In this document: positions 39,101 to 47,455 of the stretch, in pieces
Position numbering within the stretch: position 1 is the stretch's first letter
How the letters are laid out: the number at the start of each line of letters is the position of its first letter
Assembly: GCA_029548865.1 (NCBI GenBank)
Contig: JAKPMO010000004.1
Span: forward strand, 1 to 64,000
Length of the DNA: 64,000 nt
Direction of reading: 5' to 3'
From: Caldisericota bacterium
GTDB taxonomy: Bacteria > Caldisericota > Caldisericia > JAAYUI01
The notes under the pieces: generated by a model
Told to the model about the DNA's origin: nothing
Seen by the model: only the letters and a program-made list of their open reading frames with translations
Databases searched by the model: none
Program-made: the position numbers and the translations under genes

Positions 39101-41129
39101 CCTCCTAATCGAGATCGGTTGCGAAGAATTACCCTCCAGGCTGGTAAAACCAGCCATTATTTATCTTATGGAGGGAATGTGTGGGGCTTTGAAGGAAGCC
39201 GAGCTTTCCTTTTCCAGCCCAAAGACATTTGCCACCCCAAGAAGACTTGCGCTCCTTTTTGACAGTGTGCAGGAGTCTGGCCCATCTAAAACCGTTGAAG
39301 AGAAGGGGCCACCGAAATCGGCCTGCTTTGACAAAGATGGAAATCCTACAAAGGCCCTTCAAGGGTTTGCTGTAAAAGTCGGGATTGAACCTAAGGATGT
39401 GGTTTTTGGTGAGATCAGTGGCGGTGTTTATGCGACTGCCAAAAAAATTGTTCCGGGAAAAACCATCGAAGAAGTTGTCTCATCTTCGCTTTCCAAAGTG
39501 GTGCTGTCATTCCCACACCCGCATTCGATGCGCTGGGATGAAACAGGTATTTCCTGGGTAAGACCGATCCGGTGGATTGTTGCAATGTCCGATGACGTTG
39601 TGATTGATGTCTCCATTGGCAATGCCAAATCATCAAATTTTACCATGTCGCCAAGGCCGGAACGTTCAAGAAAAGTCGAGATAGCGACTGCATCAAAATA
39701 TCCTGAAGTGCTTTCCTCCATGGGTGTGGTGGGCAATCTGGAAGAACGCTCCGAACATATTTTTGAGAAAGCACAAAAACTTGCCTCTTCATTGGGAATG
39801 GAAGCATTGAAGAACAAGGATCTTCTTGATGAGCTTGCCAGCATTGTTGAAAGACCTCTTGTGTGGCAGGGGGAATTCCCATTTGATTATCTTGAGTCAG
39901 CACCAGAGCTGGTCATCAAAACCGTTCTTATGGGAGACCTCAGGTTTATCCCATTTACAAAAGACGGCAAACTAACAAACAATTTTGCATTTGTAATCAA
40001 TGGACCTGCGCAGATAGCACAGACTGTCCTTGAGGGTGAGTTGAAAGTTCTCCTGGGAAGACTATCTGATGCGAGGTTCTTCTTTGCTGAAGACAGAAAG
40101 AAAAAGCTGGTCGATTTTGCAGGCAAATTGTCTGGAGTCGCTTTCCTTAAAGGTCTTGGCACGCTTCGTGACAAAACAGAGAGGCTTGTTGAACTCTCAA
40201 AAATGGTCCAGCTTGGTGTTGATAAAAACAAGCTGGAAAAAGCATCCTCGCTTGCCAAGGCCGATCTTGCCTCTTCAATGGTCCATGAGCATGATGACCT
40301 CCAGGGCAGGATTGGTGGATTGTATGCCGAACTTGACGGGGAAGACGGGGAAGTGGCTCTGGCGATATCCGAACATTACCTGCCAGCAGGCGAGGACGAT
40401 CCCGTACCATCATCTGCTCTTGGGCAGGCCCTTTCGCTTGTCGACAAGGCCGATTCACTTGTAAATATTGCTGCTTCTGGCAATATGCCGAAGGGTTCAG
40501 CAGATCCGTTTGGAGTGAGGCGTTTTGCCATCGGAATAATAAGAGTCCTTGTGGAAGGATCGCTCTCTGTGAATTTGACCGATCTGCTTGTTTCATGCAG
40601 CAAGCTTGGATTCAAGCGGAGTGACGATGCTGTCCAGAAATCTGTTGATTTCATAAAGGCAAGACTTGAGAATTACCTGAGGTCGAAGGGATACCGTTAT
40701 GATGTTGTCAGGGCGGCGATTTCTCCAGGGATTGAACAATTGAAAGAAGTCATGGGCAGGGCCGATGCAATGCAGGCAATATATGAGTCAAAAGAATTTG
40801 CCGGCATAGTTGCTACTGCAAAAAGACTCAACAATATCCTCAGGGATTATGCTCCAACTGGAAACTATGACACAGCACTTTTCGAAGATGATGTCGAGAG
40901 GGAATTTGAAGTTTCCTGTAAAAACGTGTTCAAATCTGTCGCCTCTAGCAATGATTTTGCAGAAAAATTGAGACTGCTTTGCAATCTCACTGATCCTGCA
41001 GAAAAATACTTTGATACAGTTATGGTCAATGCTGAAGATGAGAAGATAAAAGCAAACAGAAAGAACTTTCTTTCAGGTTTGCTTCAAAAATATAGAGAGG
41101 TCTCGGATTTTGTCGAGATAGCAATCTAG
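39093..41129 (+). CDS. glyS: Glycine--tRNA ligase beta subunit
   Basis: EIGCEELP, TPRRL, VRPIRW, KADL, EHYLP, GSADPF. Confidence 0.95.
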   Translation: MRSLLIEIGCEELPSRLVKPAIIYLMEGMCGALKEAELSFSSPKTFATPRRLALLFDSVQESGPSKTVEEKGPPKSACFDKDGNPTKALQGFAVKVGIEPKDVVFGEISGGVYATAKKIVPGKTIEEVVSSSLSKVVLSFPHPHSMRWDETGISWVRPIRWIVAMSDDVVIDVSIGNAKSSNFTMSPRPERSRKVEIATASKYPEVLSSMGVVGNLEERSEHIFEKAQKLASSLGMEALKNKDLLDELASIVERPLVWQGEFPFDYLESAPELVIKTVLMGDLRFIPFTKDGKLTNNFAFVINGPAQIAQTVLEGELKVLLGRLSDARFFFAEDRKKKLVDFAGKLSGVAFLKGLGTLRDKTERLVELSKMVQLGVDKNKLEKASSLAKADLASSMVHEHDDLQGRIGGLYAELDGEDGEVALAISEHYLPAGEDDPVPSSALGQALSLVDKADSLVNIAASGNMPKGSADPFGVRRFAIGIIRVLVEGSLSVNLTDLLVSCSKLGFKRSDDAVQKSVDFIKARLENYLRSKGYRYDVVRAAISPGIEQLKEVMGRADAMQAIYESKEFAGIVATAKRLNNILRDYAPTGNYDTALFEDDVEREFEVSCKNVFKSVASSNDFAEKLRLLCNLTDPAEKYFDTVMVNAEDEKIKANRKNFLSGLLQKYREVSDFVEIAI

Positions 41130-41137
41130 GGTGTCAA

Positions 41138-41338
41138 ATGAAAAAATTCAAGGTTGAGCTTTTCAGGAAAATGTGCAAGTCGTGTCAGCTTTGCATGTTC
41201 ATTTGCCCAAAGGAAGTTTTTGGTGTGAATGAGAGAGGGCAGGTTGTTGTGTTAAACGACGAGCCGTGCATCGGGTGTTTGCAGTGTTATAATATTTGCC
41301 CCGATTTCGCACTGGAGGTGACCAAAAATGGCGATTGA
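41138..41338 (+). CDS. korD: 2x[4Fe-4S] ferredoxin, 2-oxoacid:Fd oxidoreductase delta subunit
   Basis: Two CxxCxxCxxxCP motifs; precedes alpha subunit. Confidence 0.8.
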   Translation: MKKFKVELFRKMCKSCQLCMFICPKEVFGVNERGQVVVLNDEPCIGCLQCYNICPDFALEVTKNGD

Positions 41339-42449
41339 ATCATATCTTTGGCAAGGGTCTCATGCTGTAGCCCAGGGCGCCCTGAAGGCCGGGGTCAATT
41401 ATTTTGCCGGATACCCAATAACTCCTTCAACTGAAGTAGCTGAATTCATGGCTTATGCCCTGCCATCAAGAGATGGAATTTTTATTCAGATGGAAGACGA
41501 GATTGCATCGATTGCATCGCTCATAGGTGCTTCACTTGCTGGTGCGAAAGCCATAACGGCAACATCAGGGCCAGGATTCTCTTTAATGCAGGAAGGCCTT
41601 GGGTATGCCATAATGGCGGAAGTTCCACTTGTAATTGTTGATGTAATGAGGGGTGGTCCATCAACAGGCCTTCCCACTAAGCCAACCCAAGCCGATGTAA
41701 TGCAGGCAAAATGGGGCACACATGGTGACCATCCAATAATTGCGCTCTGTCCAGCATCGGTCAAGGAATCTTATTACCTCATGGTGAAAGCAGTCAATCT
41801 CTCTGAAAGGTTCAGAACGCCAGTCATTTTCCTGACCGATGAAACCATTGCCCATATGAGGGAGAGGGTCCAGATTGATGTTGATGAAAAGCTCTATGTT
41901 GAACCACGCGTAGAGCCAAAAGATCCAAGAAGCTACAAAACATTCCAGCCTGACGAAAGATTGGTGCCTCACCAGGCTAAATTTGGAACTGGTTTCAGGA
42001 CGGTTGTCACAGCACTTTATCATGATGAGTCCGGTTTCCAGAATACCTCTGCCGAAGTTGCAGAAAGGTTCAACAAGAGGCTGGTGGACAAGGTCGAAAA
42101 ATATATTGACGAGTTTTATGAAACAGAAGAGTATAACCTCGAAAACTCGGAGCTTGTCTTTGTTTCCTACGGTGCCTCTCACAGGACCGTTCTTCAGGTG
42201 CTAAACGATTCAAAGAACCCAAAATGGGGCTTTTTAAGGCTTGTTACAATATGGCCTTTCCATGACAAGCTCGTCAAGGAAAAACTGAAAAAAGCCAAAG
42301 TTATTGTTGTTCCAGAGCTGAACATGGGTCAGATGGTCAGAGAGATCCAGAGGCTTTTTGGCGACACAAAGAAAATTGTTTCCGTCAACAGATGGGACGG
42401 CGAACTGATAACGCCAGACCAGCTTAGAAAGGTGGCTGAGCAGGCATGA
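41328..42449 (+). CDS. korA: 2-oxoacid:ferredoxin oxidoreductase alpha subunit
   Basis: YPITP, QMEDEI, ATSGPG, RGGPSTGLPT. Confidence 0.88.
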   Translation: MAIESYLWQGSHAVAQGALKAGVNYFAGYPITPSTEVAEFMAYALPSRDGIFIQMEDEIASIASLIGASLAGAKAITATSGPGFSLMQEGLGYAIMAEVPLVIVDVMRGGPSTGLPTKPTQADVMQAKWGTHGDHPIIALCPASVKESYYLMVKAVNLSERFRTPVIFLTDETIAHMRERVQIDVDEKLYVEPRVEPKDPRSYKTFQPDERLVPHQAKFGTGFRTVVTALYHDESGFQNTSAEVAERFNKRLVDKVEKYIDEFYETEEYNLENSELVFVSYGASHRTVLQVLNDSKNPKWGFLRLVTIWPFHDKLVKEKLKKAKVIVVPELNMGQMVREIQRLFGDTKKIVSVNRWDGELITPDQLRKVAEQA

Positions 42450-43273
42450 GGGAACAAATCCTGAAATATTTCAAACAGGACAAGCTGCCACATGTTTTTT
42501 GTCCTGGCTGTGGAAATGGTGAAGTAATGCATGCAATGGCCCAGGCCATAGACGAGCTTGGCTGGGACCCAACACAGATACTGATTGTAGGTGGAATAGG
42601 GTGTTCATCAAGAATTGCCACATATACAATCTTTGATTCTTTGCACACCTTGCATGGAAGGCCAGTGGCTTTTGCTGTTGGCGCAAAGCTTGCTAACCCG
42701 AACCTCAAAGTGATCATTGTGAGTGGTGATGGTGATGCCTCTTCAATTGGCGGCAATCACCTTATCCATGCTGCAAGGCGCAACATGGACCTGACCCTCT
42801 TTATCGTCAATAACTACACATACGGAATGACTGGCGGACAATACAGCCCAACGACACCACTTGGCTCGTTCACGACCACTTCGCCATGCGGGCACGTGGA
42901 AGACCCCTTTAGTATCACAGACCTTCTCGTTGGAGCTGGTGCACCGTTCGTTGCGAGAACTGGAACACTCTACTTCAATGAGCTGGTGAAACTCATGAAA
43001 TTGGCCCTTGCCAAAAATGGTTTTGCAGCGATCGACATCTTTACCCAGTGCCCAACCAATTATGGTAGAAACAACCGTCTTGGCAAACCAATCGACCTGA
43101 TCAAGACCCAGGCCTCAATTCTCGTGCCAAAAGAAAAGTATGATTCACTGGAACAGAGCGAGAAAGCCGGAAAATTTGCAAGGGGCATAATACAAGACGT
43201 TGAGAAGCCGACATTCCTTGACCACTACAGGGCTTGCATACTTTCTACAAGAAAGGCGGTCCATCATGAGTGA
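42446..43273 (+). CDS. korB: 2-oxoacid:ferredoxin oxidoreductase beta subunit
   Basis: CPGCG, GIGCS, GDGD...NN TPP motif, YGMTGGQ. Confidence 0.88.
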   Translation: MREQILKYFKQDKLPHVFCPGCGNGEVMHAMAQAIDELGWDPTQILIVGGIGCSSRIATYTIFDSLHTLHGRPVAFAVGAKLANPNLKVIIVSGDGDASSIGGNHLIHAARRNMDLTLFIVNNYTYGMTGGQYSPTTPLGSFTTTSPCGHVEDPFSITDLLVGAGAPFVARTGTLYFNELVKLMKLALAKNGFAAIDIFTQCPTNYGRNNRLGKPIDLIKTQASILVPKEKYDSLEQSEKAGKFARGIIQDVEKPTFLDHYRACILSTRKAVHHE

Positions 43274-43865
43274 TTTTTCCTGGAAGAGCATAAACCACAA
43301 AATTTTTGGAGGGAAAAAGGCCGAATCAATAAGATTCACTGGCTCTGGCGGACATGGACTTGTAACAGCCTCTGTAATTCTTGCCAAAGCCGGTGTTTAT
43401 GAAGGCCACAATGTCCTTCAGTCACAGGTTTATGGTGCCGAGGCAAGAGGTGGCTCAACAAAATCTGAAACAGTCATCAGAGAAGGCGATATATATTTCC
43501 CGAAGCTTGTTAATCCAGATGTTCTGTTGGCACTGACTTCTGAGGGTCTTGAAAAATACAGAGTTGATGTCAAAAAAGACGGTCTAATAATCTTTGATTC
43601 TGTGTTAATACCAGACGAGAAGTCAACCGGTGATGGACCGTTTGCAATTGGAATTCCAATGTGGTCTGAACTGATAAAAGAGCTGAAAACAGGAACCGCG
43701 ATAAATGTCATGTCGCTTGGATTGATCGTTGGTTTCACGGAGATAGTTGGCAGAGAATCTCTTGAGCGTGCTGTTCATGAGAATTTCAGACCTGAATTCA
43801 AAACAAACAACCAAAAAGCCCTAGACATTGGTTACAAAATAGCCCAGGAGGTCAAGAATGGATAA
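43266..43865 (+). CDS. korC: 2-oxoacid:ferredoxin oxidoreductase gamma subunit
   Basis: GSGGHG, YGAEARGG; ATG at 43266. Confidence 0.85.
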   Translation: MSDFSWKSINHKIFGGKKAESIRFTGSGGHGLVTASVILAKAGVYEGHNVLQSQVYGAEARGGSTKSETVIREGDIYFPKLVNPDVLLALTSEGLEKYRVDVKKDGLIIFDSVLIPDEKSTGDGPFAIGIPMWSELIKELKTGTAINVMSLGLIVGFTEIVGRESLERAVHENFRPEFKTNNQKALDIGYKIAQEVKNG

Positions 43866-45270
43866 GTACACAAAAATCATCGAGCAGATAAAGGCGCTTG
43901 AGGCCGACATGGTTGACTTCAAGATTGTTGATTTTTATGGAAGGCTCCGCCATGTGACAATTCCGACAACCAATATCACCGAAAAGAAGCTACAGTTCGG
44001 TTTTGGTTTTGATGGTTCCAATTTTGGTTTTGCAGAGACCGGCAAGTCTGATTTTGTTGCCCGTCCGGTCATAAAAGATTTTGTTGAGCTCGATCCTTGC
44101 CTTGAAGATCCAACCGCAACATTCATGTGTGATGTTTATGAAGCGGCCCAGGATGTAAAACCATACGAATCAGATCCAAGAGGCATCCTGAGAAAGGCTT
44201 GCGCTTACATGCAATCTCTTGGGGTGGCTGATGTAGCCACATGGGGCCCGGAACTTGAATTCTACCTCTTCAATGATCTGCTTGTAAGGACCGATCCACA
44301 AGCAATGTCGGCAGAGATTATTTCCGATGAAGGGTATTGGGGGTCACAGGATGATGATTACTCTTTCGCAACAAGGCTCCCTAAGAAGGGTGGATATCAT
44401 TCTGTCCCACCAAATGACACCCAGTACCAGACCAGAGTCGAGGCAGTAAGAAGGCTGACTTCACTTGGATATGATGTGAAGTACCACCATCACGAAGTTG
44501 GTGGTCCTGGCCAGTGTGAGGTGGAGTTCAACCTCATGGACAGCATGGTTGCTGCTGATTGCATAATCCTTGGAAAATACATAATCCGCAACACCGCCCA
44601 GGAGTTTGGCTCATATGCCAGCTTCCTTCCAAAGCCGATCTTTGGAGAGGCCGGAAACGGACTCCATGTCCACTTCCTGATGAAGGGCAAGAATGGTGAA
44701 CTCGTGTTCCACGATCCAAATGGGTATATGGGTCTTTCGAAAATGGCACTCTCGTTCCTTGCTGGAATTCTCACACACGCACCGGCCATTACAGCCATCA
44801 CCAACCCGTCCACAAACTCCTACAAGAGGCTTGTCAGAGGTTATGAGGCACCTTGCAACTGCTGCTATGGCATGGCAAACAGAAACGCTGCAGTAAGGAT
44901 ACCAGCCTACGCCACCCAGCCAGAGGAAAAGCGCTTTGAATACCGTGTTGGTGATGCAACTTTCAACCCATATCTGGCCCTTTCCGCCATCCTCATGGCC
45001 GGACTTGATGGAGTCAAGAAGGACCTTAATCCAGAGGGAAAGTTTGGCCCGCTCGAAAAAATGGACAAGGGCTGGGAGCCACCAGTTTCCATTCCAGCAT
45101 CACTCAAGGAAGCGCTGGAAGCATTGCAGAAGGACCACCAATTCCTTCTCGATGGTGGAGTTTTCACAAAGGGAATGCTTGAAAAATTCATATCAGACAA
45201 GATGCAGGACCACCTGAGGATCGAAAGAACACCTCATCCGGTAGAATTTGAGATGTATGAATTGATCTGA
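43858..45270 (+). CDS. glnA: Glutamine synthetase type I
   Basis: FDGSN, GPELEFY, HHEVG..GQCE, GNGLHVH, NSYKRL, NRNAAVRIP, RFEYR. Confidence 0.93.
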   Translation: MDKYTKIIEQIKALEADMVDFKIVDFYGRLRHVTIPTTNITEKKLQFGFGFDGSNFGFAETGKSDFVARPVIKDFVELDPCLEDPTATFMCDVYEAAQDVKPYESDPRGILRKACAYMQSLGVADVATWGPELEFYLFNDLLVRTDPQAMSAEIISDEGYWGSQDDDYSFATRLPKKGGYHSVPPNDTQYQTRVEAVRRLTSLGYDVKYHHHEVGGPGQCEVEFNLMDSMVAADCIILGKYIIRNTAQEFGSYASFLPKPIFGEAGNGLHVHFLMKGKNGELVFHDPNGYMGLSKMALSFLAGILTHAPAITAITNPSTNSYKRLVRGYEAPCNCCYGMANRNAAVRIPAYATQPEEKRFEYRVGDATFNPYLALSAILMAGLDGVKKDLNPEGKFGPLEKMDKGWEPPVSIPASLKEALEALQKDHQFLLDGGVFTKGMLEKFISDKMQDHLRIERTPHPVEFEMYELI

Positions 45271-45293
45271 GCTAACAAGAAAAACAGGATACC

Positions 45294-45326
45294 AAAAGGC
45301 CCTTTCCGATTGGGAAGGGCCTTTTT
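45294..45326. terminator. Bidirectional intrinsic terminator
   Basis: aaaaggccctttcc-gatt-gggaagggccttttt between convergent glnA and mnmA. Confidence 0.88.
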
Positions 45327-45329
45327 AAT

Positions 45330-46316
45330 TTAGTCGGTGATTATTGCTGAACCGATCAGGATATTTCTTGAATAGAAGACTGCGAATTGACCTGGTGTTG
45401 GTGCAAAAACAGGTGTTTTTGTAGACACAAATATGTCGCCATTGCTTTCATGCTCGATTTTGCATTCAACGGGGTTTGATCTGTAGCGTATCATCACTTG
45501 GGGTTTATCATCAGAAATCAGCCTTAGATCAATTACCCTGAATCTTGAGACTTGCACATTTTCTTTGTGCCCGACTACAAGCGTGTTGTTTTTTACGTCT
45601 TTTCTGACAACATACCATGGACCATCTGCAAGACCAATGCCCTCTCTTTGCCCATGGGTAAAAGCGTTCAGTCCGCAATGCTGGCCAATGACGTTGCCGT
45701 CAGTATCCACAATATCACCGGGCTGGCCTATCCCGATTTCCCTGGCTATCCATTCCTTCATTGGGACATTGATGAAACAGGCATCCTGGCTGGGGGGTGT
45801 GGTGGGAATGCCGCTGATTTTGGATTCTGCCTCTGCCCGCGTGAGCGTTCCCAGCGGGAAGAGACACCTTTGAAGTATGACCTCATCAACCCTGGCAAGC
45901 ATGTAGCTTTGGTCCTTGATTTCATAATCAGCCTTTGCAACGGTAATGTGGCCTGCGTAGGAGATTTTTTTTGCGTAATGACCAGTGGCGATGTATTCAA
46001 AACCCATTTGCATGGCAAACTTATGCAGAACATGCATCTTTACCATCTGGTTGCACATGACACACGGGTTTGGGGTCTCGTTTCGGATTATTGAATTTTT
46101 GAAGTATTCGATAACTTGCGTTTTGAAAAGGTTTTGGATCGGGATCACATAGTGTTTGATTCCAATCTGCTCGCTGGCTTTTATGGCTGTGTCGATGCTT
46201 TCTCTACCACAGATCGGAAGTGACGCGCCACACACTTCATGCCCGTAAGACCTCAAAACAAGGACTGCGGCTGTGGAGTCTGTACCGCCAGACATTCCGA
46301 CAAGTATTTTTGCCAT
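45330..46316 (-). CDS. mnmA: tRNA 2-thiouridylase
   Basis: SGGTDS, TPNPCVMCN, ATGHYA, KDQSY, SQDACF, TPGQ. Confidence 0.92.
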   Translation of the reverse strand: MAKILVGMSGGTDSTAAVLVLRSYGHEVCGASLPICGRESIDTAIKASEQIGIKHYVIPIQNLFKTQVIEYFKNSIIRNETPNPCVMCNQMVKMHVLHKFAMQMGFEYIATGHYAKKISYAGHITVAKADYEIKDQSYMLARVDEVILQRCLFPLGTLTRAEAESKISGIPTTPPSQDACFINVPMKEWIAREIGIGQPGDIVDTDGNVIGQHCGLNAFTHGQREGIGLADGPWYVVRKDVKNNTLVVGHKENVQVSRFRVIDLRLISDDKPQVMIRYRSNPVECKIEHESNGDIFVSTKTPVFAPTPGQFAVFYSRNILIGSAIITD

Positions 46317-47044
46317 TACATTTTTTCCAGGATTTGAGCCAACTGGGAGAGTGTTGAAGCCTGTGGTGAGAAATCAGACTTGATTCCCCTTTTTGGGTCT
46401 GCAAACAGTATTGCCCTCATGCCGCAAACAACAGCAGGTGTGCAATCTTTTTCTTCGTCATCGCCAACCATGACACAATCGATGGGATCGACAGCAAGTT
46501 CTGCGGCAGTAGTAAGATAAGTTTCGGGGTGTGGTTTTCTCAGTTTTCTTTCATCGGAAAAATATGTCACACTAAATCTTTTCATCAAATTGTGATAGGC
46601 CATTGTGAGATGTTTTCCGGAAGAGCGTTCTGTATTGGATATGAGACCAAGCTTGTATTTTCTGAAGAGCGATTCGATCATTTCTTCAGCGCCTGGAACA
46701 AGTGGACTCAAAAAGAGGAGGTTTGCCCTGTTGTAGGCATCCTCAAGTTTTTCAATGAGTTCCCTGTCTGGTATGAATCTTATCGTTTCTGCCATAAGCC
46801 TGATCTGTTCCCTGATGGTCAATGCTCTATTGTTTTTTGCAAGCTCGGTGATCATTTTGCCTGCGGCTTCGTAAGCAAAGGAAACGTCAGAGATTGAAAC
46901 TCTAATATCATGTCTGATTAGTATTTCATGGATCTTTTCAATCCTGTATTTACCCCTCTTTTCCTCAACATCCGGCAAGTCATAAATAAGTGTATTCCAG
47001 AAGTCGAAGATTACGGCTTGCGGTTTGTTTTTGGTTTTAATCAT
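46316..47044 (-). CDS. HAD-superfamily hydrolase
   Basis: IFDFWNTL, ISN, RKPHP, VGDDEEKD. Confidence 0.85.
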   Translation of the reverse strand: MIKTKNKPQAVIFDFWNTLIYDLPDVEEKRGKYRIEKIHEILIRHDIRVSISDVSFAYEAAGKMITELAKNNRALTIREQIRLMAETIRFIPDRELIEKLEDAYNRANLLFLSPLVPGAEEMIESLFRKYKLGLISNTERSSGKHLTMAYHNLMKRFSVTYFSDERKLRKPHPETYLTTAAELAVDPIDCVMVGDDEEKDCTPAVVCGMRAILFADPKRGIKSDFSPQASTLSQLAQILEKM

Positions 47045-47052
47045 AAGTTAGA

Positions 47053-47082
47053 ATTATAGCCGTTTGTTTTATAAAGGTTCAA
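47053..47082 (-). promoter_or_regulatory. Putative promoter, leaderless HAD-mnmA transcript
   Basis: TTGAAC-18-TATAAT, 8 nt from ATG, no SD. Confidence 0.6.
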
Positions 47083-47091
47083 GACCAGTCC

Positions 47092-47119
47092 TTGAATCGG
47101 TAAGTTTTCGTGTTATATT
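47092..47119 (+). promoter_or_regulatory. Promoter of rpsO operon
   Basis: TTGAAT-16-TATATT with extended -10 TG. Confidence 0.6.
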
Positions 47120-47123
47120 GGCC

Positions 47124-47180
47124 TAACCTTGGCTAGGATGGACGTACTCCGCGACGACACCGTGGCCACAGGAAAGGAGA
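47124..47180 (+). promoter_or_regulatory. Putative S15 leader RNA
   Basis: GC-rich 5' UTR; CCUUGGCUA pairs imperfectly with UGGCCACAGG next to SD AAGGAG. Confidence 0.4.
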
Positions 47181-47188
47181 AAATATTA

Positions 47189-47455
47189 ATGTTAGACAAA
47201 GACAAAAAGCGGCAGATCATTGAGAAATTTGCCACCCACGAAGGTGATACAGGTTCACCAGAAGTCCAGGTTGCACTTCTTACCCAGAGGATCAACGAAC
47301 TTTCAGCTCACCTGCTTACCCACAAACATGATTTTACATCAAGGAGAGGACTTTTGAGGATGGTTGGTGAGAGACACAGAATGCTTGGTTATCTTCGTTC
47401 AATAGAAGAAAACAGGTATCTAAAGCTCATCAGTGCCCTCGGACTGCGTAAGTAA
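47189..47455 (+). CDS. rpsO: 30S ribosomal protein S15
   Basis: [27 protein letters not shown]. Confidence 0.97.
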   Translation: MLDKDKKRQIIEKFATHEGDTGSPEVQVALLTQRINELSAHLLTHKHDFTSRRGLLRMVGERHRMLGYLRSIEENRYLKLISALGLRK

